Positions 48,688 through 60,706 of a stretch of DNA of 64,000 nucleotides are shown here, piece after piece; position 1 is the first letter of the stretch; each line of letters starts with the position of its first letter. The notes beneath the pieces are model-generated. The model searched no databases. It worked only from the letters and a program-made list of their open reading frames with translations, and was not told where the DNA came from. The stretch is from contig JAUXYI010000011.1 in NCBI GenBank assembly GCA_030694425.1, positions 14,301 to 78,300 of the forward strand, given 5' to 3'. Made by a program: the position numbers and the translations under genes. This DNA is from Thermodesulfovibrionia bacterium. GTDB taxonomy: Bacteria > Nitrospirota > Thermodesulfovibrionia > UBA6902 > BMS3Bbin08.

Positions 48688-49653
48688 ATGAAAATAATTG
48701 CACTCTTAATAACAGCTTTGTTCTTCAGCCTTCAGGGCTTTGCAGGGGGACAATTCGCTTACAGCGCTGTTTTGCTCGACAGGGTTGTTGCTACGGTAAA
48801 TAATGATGTAATAACATGGAGTGAACTCAGGAAGAATATAGAGATTGAGAACAAAGAACTCCTCAACGGGCTTAAAGATGAGGAAAGAGAAAAAAAGATA
48901 AAGGAGATTGAACCATCTTTTCTTAACAGCATGATTGACATGAAATTGCAGATTCAGGAAGCCGTCAAACTCGGACTTAATGTAAGCCCTCATGAGACAA
49001 ATGAGGCTGCTGCTGATATTAAGAGGAAATATAATTTAACTGATGAGAATTTTATTGAATCTTTAAAAGCAGAAGGTCTGAGTCTGGAAGGATATAAAGC
49101 ACGTCTTACAGAACAGATTTTACTTTCAAAGGCTGTAAGATACGAGGTCAGAGATGCAGTGCTTATCACTGATAAAGAAATAGAAAAATACTATGATGCA
49201 AATAAAGAAAAATATCAAAAAGAGGAAAAGGTTAGTATAAGGCAGATATTCTTTAATCTAAAAGACAGCTCACAAAAAGCTGAAGTAGAAGCCAAGGCTG
49301 AAGCAGTTATGCAGAGGATAAAAAAAGGAGAGGACTTTGCAAAACTGGCAAGTGAGTTTTCTGAGGATGAAAACAGGCAATTTAGCGGAGACCTTGGATA
49401 CATCAGTCGCGGCAGTGTAATGAAAGAGATTGAAGACGAGGCGTTTGTCTTAAAAGTTGGTATTACCAGTAAACCCTTCTGGAGCTCAAAGGGGCTTCAT
49501 ATAATAAAAGTTGAGGACGGGAAAGAGGCTGGCCTTTCAAAAAAAGTAAGAGAAGAAATAAAAGAAATCCTTTTTGAAAAAGCCTTTAAATCAAAATATG
49601 AAGAGTGGATAAAAAAACTGAGAGAGAAAGCTTATATAGAAATAAATCTTTAA
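48688..49653 (+). CDS. SurA-like periplasmic chaperone / parvulin-type PPIase
   Basis: 321 aa; signal peptide, SurA N-domain, PpiC rotamase domain (FSGDLGYISRGSVMKE). Confidence 0.75.
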   Translation: MKIIALLITALFFSLQGFAGGQFAYSAVLLDRVVATVNNDVITWSELRKNIEIENKELLNGLKDEEREKKIKEIEPSFLNSMIDMKLQIQEAVKLGLNVSPHETNEAAADIKRKYNLTDENFIESLKAEGLSLEGYKARLTEQILLSKAVRYEVRDAVLITDKEIEKYYDANKEKYQKEEKVSIRQIFFNLKDSSQKAEVEAKAEAVMQRIKKGEDFAKLASEFSEDENRQFSGDLGYISRGSVMKEIEDEAFVLKVGITSKPFWSSKGLHIIKVEDGKEAGLSKKVREEIKEILFEKAFKSKYEEWIKKLREKAYIEINL

Positions 49654-49697
49654 ATAAATGAGGCTTTTGCAAAAGTATGTTTTATCACGTTCAGGTT

Positions 49698-49786
49698 GTC
49701 ATTCCTGCGAAAGCAGGAATCCATAAGTTGTTGATTTTACACAAACTGGATTCCCGATAATCCCGAAGTATCGGGACGGGAATGAC
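49698..49786. mobile_element. MITE-like element (GTCATTCCTGCGAAAGCAGGAATCCA ... TCCCGAAGTATCGGGA ... GGGAATGAC)
   Basis: Upstream of guaB. Confidence 0.7.
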
Positions 49787-49821
49787 ATTTTTGGATTTTT
49801 GCAAGAGGCTCAGTATAATAA

Positions 49822-51372
<1,551 letters not shown>

Positions 51373-51401
51373 TGTTCTGTGCTCTGTCTTCTGATATATT
51401 T

Positions 51402-52997
51402 ATGCATGAAGAAAAAATTTTAGTCCTTGATTTTGGCTCCCAGTACACCCAGCTTATCGCAAGGCGCGTGAGGGAAAGCAAGGTCTATTCCGAAATATTC
51501 CCTTATAATGTTTCTTTTGATAAAATTATATCCTTTTCCCCTAAAGGAATAATCCTTTCAGGAGGACCTTCAAGCGTGTATGATAAAAATGCCCCTCTGC
51601 CTGACAAAAGAATTTTTGAACTCGGAATCCCGGTTTTGGGAATATGCTACGGCATGCAGCTTATGGCATATTGTATTGGCGGAAAGGTTGCAAAAGCAGC
51701 AAAAAGAGAATACGGACGCGCCGAACTGATTATTGATGACGACTCAGATTTATTGAAAGGAATCAAGTCAGAAGTCAGAAGTCAGAAGTCAGAAGTCAGG
51801 GGACTCGTCACTCGTCACTCGTCACTCGTCACTGTCGTATGGATGAGCCACGGCGACAGGATTGAAGAATATCCCAGGGGTTTCAAACCAATTGCACACA
51901 CAGATAATTCTCCGGTTGCAGCAATGGCTGATAAAAACAGGAGGTTTTATGCCCTGCAGTTTCATCCTGAAGTTGTACATACTGAGCATGGCTCAGAAAT
52001 CTTAAGAAATTTTATATTTGACATATGTAAATGCAAGCCCGAATGGACAATGAAATCATTTATAGAAACAACTGTAGAAGAGATAAAAAACAGGGTTAAG
52101 AATGATAAGGTTGTATGTGCAATAAGCGGCGGGGTTGATTCAGCAGTTACAGCAGTGTTGATGCACAGGGCAATTAAAAAACAGCTTATATGCATCTTTG
52201 TAGATAACGGCGTCCTGAGGACGGGGGAAGCAAAGAAGGTTGAAAATACACTAAAAAAACATTTTCATATGAATATAGTTTGTGTTGACGCATCAAAAAG
52301 ATTTTTAAAAAAACTAAAAGGCGTCACTGACCCTGAAAAAAAGAGAAAAATCATTGGCAATGAATTTATAAGGATTTTTGAAGAACAGGCAAAAAAAATT
52401 AAAGGGGTTAAATATCTTGCACAGGGGACATTATATCCTGATGTCATTGAAAGCACGTCATTTAAAGGTCCTTCAGCCACCATAAAAAGCCATCATAATG
52501 TAGGCGGTCTTTTAAAGGATATGAAGCTTCGGCTTATTGAACCTCTGAGGGAACTTTTTAAAGATGAAGTGAGAATTCTGGGCAGGGAGCTTGGGATGCC
52601 AGAAGAGGTTCTCAACCGGCATCCATTCCCCGGTCCGGGGCTTGCAATAAGGATTATTGGCGAGGTCACAGAACAGAGATGTGGTATCTTACGAAAAGCA
52701 GATGCCATTGTCCTTGAAGAGATTAAAAAATCAGGCCTTTATAATGAACTCTGGCAGGCATTTGCAGTCTTACTGCCTATAAAAACAGTAGGTGTCATGG
52801 GTGATGAGAGGACATATGAAAACGTTGTGGCTTTAAGGGCGGTAAAAAGCGTTGATGGAATGACTGCGGACTGGGCAAGGATTCCTTATGATATTCTTGG
52901 CAATATTTCAAACAGGATAATTAATGAGGTAAAAGGCGTTAACAGGGTTGTATTTGATATAAGCTCAAAGCCGCCAAGCACAATTGAGTGGGAGTAA
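51402..52997 (+). CDS. guaA: GMP synthase (glutamine-hydrolysing)
   Basis: GATase-1 (GICYGMQ), ATP-PPase SGGVDS, C-terminal dimerisation domain; start at [12 protein letters not shown]; carries a 68-nt heptamer insertion in the inter-domain linker. Confidence 0.95.
   Translation: MHEEKILVLDFGSQYTQLIARRVRESKVYSEIFPYNVSFDKIISFSPKGIILSGGPSSVYDKNAPLPDKRIFELGIPVLGICYGMQLMAYCIGGKVAKAAKREYGRAELIIDDDSDLLKGIKSEVRSQKSEVRGLVTRHSSLVTVVWMSHGDRIEEYPRGFKPIAHTDNSPVAAMADKNRRFYALQFHPEVVHTEHGSEILRNFIFDICKCKPEWTMKSFIETTVEEIKNRVKNDKVVCAISGGVDSAVTAVLMHRAIKKQLICIFVDNGVLRTGEAKKVENTLKKHFHMNIVCVDASKRFLKKLKGVTDPEKKRKIIGNEFIRIFEEQAKKIKGVKYLAQGTLYPDVIESTSFKGPSATIKSHHNVGGLLKDMKLRLIEPLRELFKDEVRILGRELGMPEEVLNRHPFPGPGLAIRIIGEVTEQRCGILRKADAIVLEEIKKSGLYNELWQAFAVLLPIKTVGVMGDERTYENVVALRAVKSVDGMTADWARIPYDILGNISNRIINEVKGVNRVVFDISSKPPSTIEWE
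51766..51833. repeat. Tandem heptamers (AGTCAGA)x4-5 then (CTCGTCA)x4, in frame in guaA
   Basis: Encodes [24 protein letters not shown] between the GATase and ATP-PPase domains. Confidence 0.85.
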
Positions 52998-53000
52998 AGA

Positions 53001-53366
53001 GTGCCTGTAAATATGAAATTTTATAGCCGGATTAAAGATAAACTTATAACTTGTATCATAGCTGTTGTAATATTAATTGCATATTGTAATTTTAATAATG
53101 CCCTGGCAGAGGGCCTCCGCCACACAAATATTCCCACTACACTGCCGCCGATGCCGACACAACAGGTTTTGATAGAGGCATCTTTTTATAAGTGGGCAAG
53201 CACGGATATAGTAAAAGCATTTAAAGATAACGGGTTGGAGGTTGCGGATGTAAAACCCGGACATACTGTAAACCCTGTCACTCCGCAAGAAGGCACAATA
53301 TTCCTTATCCCTTCTTTTGGCAAAAATATAGGGGGATATGTCACAAGTTATATCAATAGAATATAA
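53001..53366 (+). CDS. Hypothetical secreted/membrane-anchored protein
   Basis: 121 aa; N-terminal hydrophobic segment. Confidence 0.35.
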   Translation: MPVNMKFYSRIKDKLITCIIAVVILIAYCNFNNALAEGLRHTNIPTTLPPMPTQQVLIEASFYKWASTDIVKAFKDNGLEVADVKPGHTVNPVTPQEGTIFLIPSFGKNIGGYVTSYINRI

Positions 53367-53530
53367 CCACCTTTCCCGACCCTATTATTATTATCTCCAG
53401 ATAACAGACTGTTTGGAAATTTAAAATTTAAAATTTTACAGTCCCCATTTTTTAGGTGACAAAAGGCACTAATAAATGTAGAATTACACTTTAAATATGA
53501 GGAATAACTAACATTTAAAGAGGGGAAGTT

Positions 53531-53824
53531 ATGGATCCACGGGTATCAGAAGACAGGGTGCCATCATATAAAAAAGTCGAAGAAAAAATCAGGGAGATTG
53601 ATAATACCATAATAATAGCCAGAATTTATTATATCTTTAACCATCTCAGTTCTACTTACAGGTTTCAGTTGATAAAAAAAAATAAAATGTGTATTGTTGA
53701 AATTCCTAAAAAGCTGCTTGATAATCTAAAGAAAGACAGTAATTCAGCGTTAGAACAAGAATTAGGGGATATATTAAACTTATACGTCCAACGTTCTGAG
53801 TGTTGGGCTGAATTTGAAAAATAA
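53531..53824 (+). CDS. Hypothetical small protein
   Basis: 97 aa ORF; weak resemblance to ribbon-helix-helix proteins. Confidence 0.25.
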   Translation: MDPRVSEDRVPSYKKVEEKIREIDNTIIIARIYYIFNHLSSTYRFQLIKKNKMCIVEIPKKLLDNLKKDSNSALEQELGDILNLYVQRSECWAEFEK

Positions 53825-53870
53825 ACCATTTTGTATGAAGATAAGGTCTACGACCTGTAAGGAGGGAACA

Positions 53871-54881
53871 ATGAAATTAAAGAGTTTGCTATTTTCAGTC
53901 TTTTTAGTGCTGTCTATTATAGGGTATGGGGTGGGTGATGCCGCTGCCGCGGGTAACCGTGTTTATGTAACTAATGCCGGCAATAACACCGTCTCAGTAA
54001 TTGATGCCGCAAAAAAAGAAGTAGTAGCGACATTCAGGGTCGGGGTCTGGCCTGCGGGCGTAGCAGTAGACTCTGCCGCTGGCAAACTTTATGTTGTTAA
54101 TTCTAATCCTGGCGACAGCAGTGTTTCAGTTGTTGATATTGCAAGTAATGCTATAGTAAGTACAGTCAAAGTAGGCATCGGCCCCATGAGTATAACTCTT
54201 AACCATGCTGCCAAAACTGCATATGTTACTGATACTGAAAATGTAGTAGATGGAAAAAATCTAAGTAAGACTGTTTCAATAATTGACCTTACCAAAAATA
54301 CTGTCAAGGGAAAAATAGAAGTAGGTGCCGGACCATTTGACTCAGGTATTATAGGGAATAGGCTTTATGTAAGTAACTCAACTGATAAAACAGTATCGGT
54401 TATTGATATGGCGAGTGATAAGGTAGTAGAGACAATAAAGGTTGATGAGACACCGCTCGGCATTGGTATTAACCCCGATAATAAGAGGGTCTATGTAGCC
54501 ATTCATGGTTCAGGTTCAGTTGCAGTTATTGATGCCTCAACGAATAAGATAGTGGAAACAATAAAAATTGGTAAGTCGCCGTGGTTCATGGCAATGAATG
54601 CTGCTGATAAAAAGGTATATGTAACTCACAGGGAAGACGGCACTGTTTCAGTTATTGATACAACAAGCAATAAAGTAGTAGAGACAATAAAGGTTGGCAA
54701 AGAGCCGATTGGCATAGCAGTTGATTCTGCTAATAAAAAGGTATATGTAGCTAACCACGGAGATATCTCTGTATCAATTATTGATACTACGAGCAATAAA
54801 GTGCTAGATACAATAAAACTGACCCTTACTCCGGACAGCCCTTATGCAGGCTCGCCGTGGGGGATAGCGGTTTCAAAATAA
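53871..54881 (+). CDS. YVTN-family beta-propeller repeat protein, secreted
   Basis: RBS aaggaggg; signal peptide; about 8 repeats of ...YVTN..(D/N).VSVID... about 40 aa each. Confidence 0.8.
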   Translation: MKLKSLLFSVFLVLSIIGYGVGDAAAAGNRVYVTNAGNNTVSVIDAAKKEVVATFRVGVWPAGVAVDSAAGKLYVVNSNPGDSSVSVVDIASNAIVSTVKVGIGPMSITLNHAAKTAYVTDTENVVDGKNLSKTVSIIDLTKNTVKGKIEVGAGPFDSGIIGNRLYVSNSTDKTVSVIDMASDKVVETIKVDETPLGIGINPDNKRVYVAIHGSGSVAVIDASTNKIVETIKIGKSPWFMAMNAADKKVYVTHREDGTVSVIDTTSNKVVETIKVGKEPIGIAVDSANKKVYVANHGDISVSIIDTTSNKVLDTIKLTLTPDSPYAGSPWGIAVSK

Positions 54882-54884
54882 TAT

Positions 54885-55955
54885 TTATTCCTTGATTTTC
54901 AAAAACATATAATACCCTGCTGTACCGAAGAGAAAAGGGCTAATCCACGGGGCAAATGAAGGAGGTATAATTCCTGTGTTTCCAAGTGACAGGCTCATTG
55001 AAAAAATCACCCAGTAAGCAATAATCACCATGAGCCCTAAGCCTGCTGACCTCATACCCCCTCCGTGCTTCATATTTAATGCAAGCGCTACCCCGAAAAC
55101 AATCATTACAAAATTAACCGTAGGATAGGCAAGCTTACCATAGAGGTCTACGATATATTTAAGATTTCTAAAACCTGCGTTCTCAAGTCTCTTGTAATAA
55201 ACATAGAGTTCATAAAAATTCATCTCTTCTGGTTTTTGCATCTCTTCCCTGAATATCTTTGGTTCCTCCAGCGCAGTAAAAGCAAGTGTTTTAAACTTTG
55301 TTGTATTGTTGTTATCAAAATCAAAAACAGAGGCATTTTTAAGCATCCAGCTTCCGTTAATCCATTCTGCCTCGTCTGCTTCTATTCTTTTTGCCAGTTT
55401 AAAAGATGGGTTAAAGCTAAAAATGCTTATTTTCAAAACCCTGTCTTTATCTTCCACAAAATCTTTGATACGGATTAGGCTTCCATCAAGCCCTTTGACC
55501 CAGAGCGCCCCTTCCCTGTAAGTAATCTTAGGCGACTTTTTAAAAATCTTTGTAGTTCTTATCCAAGAAGCCTTTCTTGTTGATAGAGGAGCCAGAGTTT
55601 CTCCAAGGATTAAAGCGAGCATACTGATTGCAATCCCCATTATGAGAAAGGATGAGAAAAGTTTTTTCAGGCTTCCGCCGGCTGCCTTTATTGCCACTGT
55701 TTCCTTCCATTTTGATGCTATCCCAACAGTAAAAAGTATAGAAAGCAAAGAGGCAACGGGCGACACCAATAACAATGATTTAGGCGTCTGAAGTAAAAGG
55801 TACTGGAAAATTAAATAACTCGAAACCCTTTGAGCGTAAAATTCCTCCATCTTATCAAAAAATTCAGCAACCAATAAGATTGCTGTTGCGCTTAACAGGA
55901 TGATGATATAGTATTTGAAAAATTCTTTTAGAAAATACTTTAATAGGATTCTCAT
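54885..55955 (-). CDS. lptG: LPS export permease LptG (YjgP/YjgQ family)
   Basis: 356 aa; 6 TM plus periplasmic beta-jellyroll; paired with upstream LptF-like gene. Confidence 0.75.
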   Translation of the reverse strand: MRILLKYFLKEFFKYYIIILLSATAILLVAEFFDKMEEFYAQRVSSYLIFQYLLLQTPKSLLLVSPVASLLSILFTVGIASKWKETVAIKAAGGSLKKLFSSFLIMGIAISMLALILGETLAPLSTRKASWIRTTKIFKKSPKITYREGALWVKGLDGSLIRIKDFVEDKDRVLKISIFSFNPSFKLAKRIEADEAEWINGSWMLKNASVFDFDNNNTTKFKTLAFTALEEPKIFREEMQKPEEMNFYELYVYYKRLENAGFRNLKYIVDLYGKLAYPTVNFVMIVFGVALALNMKHGGGMRSAGLGLMVIIAYWVIFSMSLSLGNTGIIPPSFAPWISPFLFGTAGYYMFLKIKE

Positions 55956-55960
55956 AACTT

Positions 55961-57052
55961 TTAACTTTTAACTTTTAACTTTCTTTTTAAAATAGGCTTG
56001 TCCCTATAAGTCAGATAGAAAAATAATACAGCTACTGCGCCAAAAATTATATTTGGCGCCCACCCTCCCAAAAAAGGAGGTATTTTTTTTGCCTTTACAA
56101 GTCCTTCTCCCAAAATCAGTAGGACATAGTAAGATATAAGCACAGATAAACTAAAAGAAAAACTCCCGAGACGGCCTGTTTTCCCAACCCTTGTAGCAAG
56201 CGCAGGACCAAGAAAGCCGAATATAAGGCATGCAAATGGGATAGCCAACCGCCGGTTTAATTCTACCATCCACAGTATGCTGCTGTTTCGCCTGTTCCAG
56301 AGTTCAACAATCCCTATTTCACTCGGCTTTAACTCTCTTTCTGTCTGCGGAACTGATGTCAGCACAAAATCGTATTCGGAAAAAGCGGCCTCAGATGAAC
56401 TTTTTCCTCCAAATGTATGTATCATTCCATTACGCATGCTCAGGTTTACAACCCCTTCTTCAGGGTTTGAACTGATTGCGCCTTCTTCCGCAACTATTAC
56501 TATGGGTTCTTTGGTATCACCCTCTTTATAAATAAAAATTCCCTTAAACCTGTCTCCTGTCTGCATTTCTTTAACAAAAACAACCGTCCCTTTGAAAACC
56601 GTAGAAAAGGTTTCCTCTTCAATAACCATGGCAGTCTTTTTTGCGATTGTCTCATAAACTGTCTTTTTAAAAGAATGCACACTCTTGGGCAGCAGGTAAA
56701 TACTGATAAAAGACAGGATTAAAAAACCCGCTGCTGAGAATATTATTGCTGGCTTTGATACGGACCAGAAGCTCATGCCGCTTCCCTTTAAGACAATCAC
56801 TTCATTGTCTGTTGTCATCCTTCCATATGTGAGAAATACTGCAATAAGAATTGCCATGGGTATTGCAAGAAGAAGAATAGAGGGCTGAAGAAATAAAAAT
56901 ACCTTAACAATATCTATAAGTTCTACGCCCCTACCCAAAATAAGCCGCGTGAGCCTTACAAACTTCTCCATAAAAAGCACAAATGACAGAAATGAAATTA
57001 CAATTAAAAAATTTATGAAGAGCTCTTTAAATATTGCTCTGTGTATTATCAT
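55961..57052 (-). CDS. lptF: LPS export permease LptF (YjgP/YjgQ family)
   Basis: 363 aa; same architecture. Confidence 0.75.
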   Translation of the reverse strand: MIIHRAIFKELFINFLIVISFLSFVLFMEKFVRLTRLILGRGVELIDIVKVFLFLQPSILLLAIPMAILIAVFLTYGRMTTDNEVIVLKGSGMSFWSVSKPAIIFSAAGFLILSFISIYLLPKSVHSFKKTVYETIAKKTAMVIEEETFSTVFKGTVVFVKEMQTGDRFKGIFIYKEGDTKEPIVIVAEEGAISSNPEEGVVNLSMRNGMIHTFGGKSSSEAAFSEYDFVLTSVPQTERELKPSEIGIVELWNRRNSSILWMVELNRRLAIPFACLIFGFLGPALATRVGKTGRLGSFSFSLSVLISYYVLLILGEGLVKAKKIPPFLGGWAPNIIFGAVAVLFFYLTYRDKPILKRKLKVKS

Positions 57053-57821
57053 GTTCCCACCACATAACAGCTGCCTTTCTTAAACCAAAAGGTGCAATTA
57101 AGGTATTATTTTGTCCTGAAGCAATTAATTTTTTCTTCAGGAAACGAACAAGCGCCTTTTCTTTTTCGGCTGTAAGTTTTTTCTCCAACCTGTGCCGCCA
57201 GAAATCCATGGCATCATTAAAATCTTCAAAAGGCTGGTCAAGATAAAAATCAAATACCCTTACATTTGCAAAAATTCCATGCTGACACAAAAAATTATAT
57301 GTTTTTACAAAACCACCTTCATATACATATTTTTTTTTAAATAAGATTGGGTAAAGTTTCTTATAATAAAATCTATCCCATTCACCTGCACCCTGTAAAT
57401 AGACTATAAACTTTTTGGATATATTTGAAATATATTTAAGAAAATTTACATTGCAAACTATGCTTTCAGGAAGATTTGCACATATAACCATATCGTGAGG
57501 CCTTAATTTTGAATGAAGATTTCCCCGAAACCTGTTTCCTTCCCAGCCTGTATTACAGGCTCTGATATTTTTAATGCCTGACTCCTTTGCCCTTTTTAAG
57601 AGAAGTTCATACATCCATCTCGAAGGCTCAACAGCGGTAATGTCTTTGACTAAGCTGGAAGCTGGAATTGACAATGCGCCGCAGCCTGCGCCAACATCAA
57701 TAACGCTTTCACATTTTTTTAATAACGGGGCAAGAACAGCAATTGCTTTTTGAGGATAATTGCTCTGCTCAATAGCCCTGCAGTACCAAAAAGACCTTTT
57801 TTTATCCCATTTTGTTGCCAT
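57027..57821 (-). CDS. Class I SAM-dependent methyltransferase
   Basis: VIDVGAGCGALS motif I. Confidence 0.7.
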   Translation of the reverse strand: MATKWDKKRSFWYCRAIEQSNYPQKAIAVLAPLLKKCESVIDVGAGCGALSIPASSLVKDITAVEPSRWMYELLLKRAKESGIKNIRACNTGWEGNRFRGNLHSKLRPHDMVICANLPESIVCNVNFLKYISNISKKFIVYLQGAGEWDRFYYKKLYPILFKKKYVYEGGFVKTYNFLCQHGIFANVRVFDFYLDQPFEDFNDAMDFWRHRLEKKLTAEKEKALVRFLKKKLIASGQNNTLIAPFGLRKAAVMWWEHDNTQSNI

Positions 57822-57844
57822 TAAATATATATTCCCTGAAATAG

Positions 57845-58020
57845 AGATAGGGAAGGCAGTCTCATCCCGATGCTTCGGGATATAATCGACAGATTATTTA
57901 TATTCTGTTTTAGCCTTTTAGTTTCAATGTCTTCTGTTAAATCCATAAAGTTCTTTTTTATAAGGTGTCGTATAGTCCCGAAGCATCGGGATTCACCAGC
58001 CTTCCCTATCTATTTTGTCA
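57845..58020. mobile_element. Composite palindromic element: outer IR ATAGGGAAGGC / GCCTTCCCTAT enclosing two TCCCGA(A/T)GC(A/T)TCGGGA modules
   Basis: 57847-57879 vs 57976-58019 are inverted copies. Confidence 0.65.
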
Positions 58021-58227
58021 GTTTTACTGCATTTCTCAGTTCTATCTCTATTTTCTCTATTTTTCGGATATTATAACAGCTATGCAGATTAAAAAGGTAG
58101 ACGTTTTGACCAAAAAAACATTGACACTTGTTAAATAATGTGATAAAATATTTTACAGTTAGCTTTAAGACATAAAGGGGGAGAAGCAAGGGTTTCAACG
58201 CCATACAGCCTGTTGAAAAAGTATTTT

Positions 58228-58336
58228 TGCCGTCTTTGCGAGCGAAGCGAAGCAATCTCGCAGTTAAAGAAATCAACGAGTTAAAGATTGCTTCGTCCCG
58301 ATAAATCGGGATGTTTCGGGACTCCTCGCAATGACA
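58228..58336. mobile_element. MITE-like element (GCGAGCGAAGCGAAGCAATCT...AGATTGCTTCG; TCCCGATAAATCGGGA; ...CTCCTCGCAATGAC)
   Basis: Same modules as 36550-36626. Confidence 0.65.
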
Positions 58337-58613
58337 TTTCAGGGGTTTTTCAACAGCCTGCATAAACTTGACAAATTTCAAGTAAGATTAACAAAAAAAT
58401 TTATTTTAATTATTACAGCATTAATGTTATCTTAACTGTTGACAAAAAATTAAATGGATAGCGAGCGTATTCCCTGTCCCGAATGGTCGGGACTGCATGG
58501 TCAAGAGAGCGAATATAAAAAAATAATTTCCTTACATTAAGATTCCCTGTAGCTTGCTACAGGGGAGATTTAATAAAATCATCTTGTATAAATAAAAAGG
58601 GGATTTTTTACAG

Positions 58614-60683
58614 ATGCTGTCAGAAAATGATGTGATACATCCCAACATCTCTCCTGATATCAGTAAAAAAGACGGTAAAATACTCAAAGAGTTACTCTCA
58701 TCTGAAGAATGGAAAGATTACTTTCAAAGTCTTTCAACTGCTACTGGTTTTGACCTCACTATTTATGACGAAAATAGCGTCCAGTTTTTGACTACAAAAG
58801 AAAACGTGTTCTGCGAACTCATCAAATCATTTACAGGCAATGGCGTGGAATGTCCTGCCTCTTGCAACAAGTTCATCCTTGAATCTTTAAAACTTAACAA
58901 ACCTATAGCCTATAAGTGTTATTCAAAAATAATGAATTTCTCATTCCCGATAAAATATTTAGGGCAAAAAGTTGTTATAGTCGGCAAGAAAAGTTTTGCT
59001 TCATATGAAGATTTCCTGGAATTTTTAAAAATAGCGAGAGATAATGGCATTAATGAAATACCAATTACGACCTCTTTGAATTTTACTGATGAGAATTATG
59101 TAAAAAATATCTCTCAATACGTTCACAAGGCAATAAACTATCTGTTAAACCATCTTCATGAGAAACACAGGTTAATAGAAAAAATCGGGCGCTTCACTTC
59201 GCTTGTTGATATAAATATTCTTGAAAAATTATCTAAAGATACAGAGTCCATCTGCAGATATATTGTGGACACCATTGCATTTATCCTTTCTCCTGTTTCT
59301 GTTGTTATATTGCTCATGGACAATCAAACTTCTAAATATAAAACCACAAGCGCTACTGGTAAATATAAAGATACTCTTATGGGACTCCAATTCGACCCGC
59401 AAAATACTCTTATTCAACAGATACTTACTACTAAAGTTCCTGTCTCCCCTATAGTTTTAGAAGCAGAAAAATATATCACGATTGAGACTGCCGGAGGAAC
59501 AAAATCCTTATATCTTTTCCCGATTTTCTTTGATAATGATATGGAAGGATTAATCGGAGTTCTTGATGGACAGCTTTCCGAGGAAGACATAAAAATTATT
59601 AATGCGCTCCGGGACTATATTGAGTTAGCCCTTAAAAATCAGTCTCTTTCCATTACATGCGACAGAAAAGTGGATGAGTTGTTAGCATCTGTTTTTAATT
59701 CAACAATATCCCTTGCGCCTCTTTTAACCTGGGAGCAGCTCCTTCAAACCATAGTAGAAAAAGCAACCCAGCTCCTTAAGGCGGAACAGGGTTCCCTGAT
59801 GCTATTAGATCAGGAGACAACCGAAGAACTTTTTGTAAAAGCAAAGAAAAGTATAGATACCATAATAAAAGAAAATATGAGGATACACAAGGGAGAAGGA
59901 ATCGCAGGAAAAGTCTTTGAAACCGGAGAACCTCTGCTGGTTGAGGACATTGAAAAAGACCCCAGAATTAACCAGCAAAACAAGCCCCGTTACAAGACAA
60001 AATCTTTTGTCAGTATCCCGCTGAAAATAGAAGACAGAGTAGCAGGCGTGCTTAATATATCTGACAAAACAACAGGAGAGGTTTTTAAAGAAAATGACCT
60101 CAGACTTATACAGTTTTTTGCCGCAAATGCCTCAATTGCTATTGAAAGAAGTCTGCTTTATAAAAAAACCTCTGAGCTTAAGGAACTATCCATAACAGAC
60201 CCTTTAACAGGCATATTTAATCGCCGTTACCTGAACAGCAGGCTCTCTGAAGAGGTTGCCCGTTTTAACAGATATAAACAGCCTTTCAGCCTTTTAATGA
60301 TTGATATAGATGGATTCAAAGAATATAACGATATATTTGGGCATAGCACAGGGGATAGGGTCCTTAAAATTTTAGCAGATAATATCGTAGCCTCTCTCAG
60401 GAATACAGATGTAGCAACAAGGTTTGGGGGAGATGAATTTGTATTAATACTATCACAGACACCCAAAGTAGATGCTATAAATCTTGCAAACAGAATAAAA
60501 GAAAATGCTGAAAACGCAAATATACCGCGCAAGGAAGAATTGCCGTCAAAAGAATTAACGGTCAGCATCGGGCTTACCTCTTACCCTGACGACGCATCCT
60601 CAATAACAGAGCTTCTTGAAAAAACAGACGAGGCATTATATCTTGCTAAAAAAAGCGGCAGGAATAAATTAGTTTACTTATAA
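58614..60683 (+). CDS. Sensor diguanylate cyclase: Cys-rich N-domain, GAF domain, GGDEF domain
   Basis: 689 aa; RFGGDEF active site, I-site RxxD (RNTD) present. Confidence 0.85.
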   Translation: MLSENDVIHPNISPDISKKDGKILKELLSSEEWKDYFQSLSTATGFDLTIYDENSVQFLTTKENVFCELIKSFTGNGVECPASCNKFILESLKLNKPIAYKCYSKIMNFSFPIKYLGQKVVIVGKKSFASYEDFLEFLKIARDNGINEIPITTSLNFTDENYVKNISQYVHKAINYLLNHLHEKHRLIEKIGRFTSLVDINILEKLSKDTESICRYIVDTIAFILSPVSVVILLMDNQTSKYKTTSATGKYKDTLMGLQFDPQNTLIQQILTTKVPVSPIVLEAEKYITIETAGGTKSLYLFPIFFDNDMEGLIGVLDGQLSEEDIKIINALRDYIELALKNQSLSITCDRKVDELLASVFNSTISLAPLLTWEQLLQTIVEKATQLLKAEQGSLMLLDQETTEELFVKAKKSIDTIIKENMRIHKGEGIAGKVFETGEPLLVEDIEKDPRINQQNKPRYKTKSFVSIPLKIEDRVAGVLNISDKTTGEVFKENDLRLIQFFAANASIAIERSLLYKKTSELKELSITDPLTGIFNRRYLNSRLSEEVARFNRYKQPFSLLMIDIDGFKEYNDIFGHSTGDRVLKILADNIVASLRNTDVATRFGGDEFVLILSQTPKVDAINLANRIKENAENANIPRKEELPSKELTVSIGLTSYPDDASSITELLEKTDEALYLAKKSGRNKLVYL

Positions 60684-60706
60684 CCAACACACAGGAGTAG
60701 AAAATT

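Noticed and set aside
58010-58381. 123-aa minus-strand ORF
   Set aside because: It is largely composed of two MITE-like palindromic elements. Translation is repeat-encoded and lacks an RBS.
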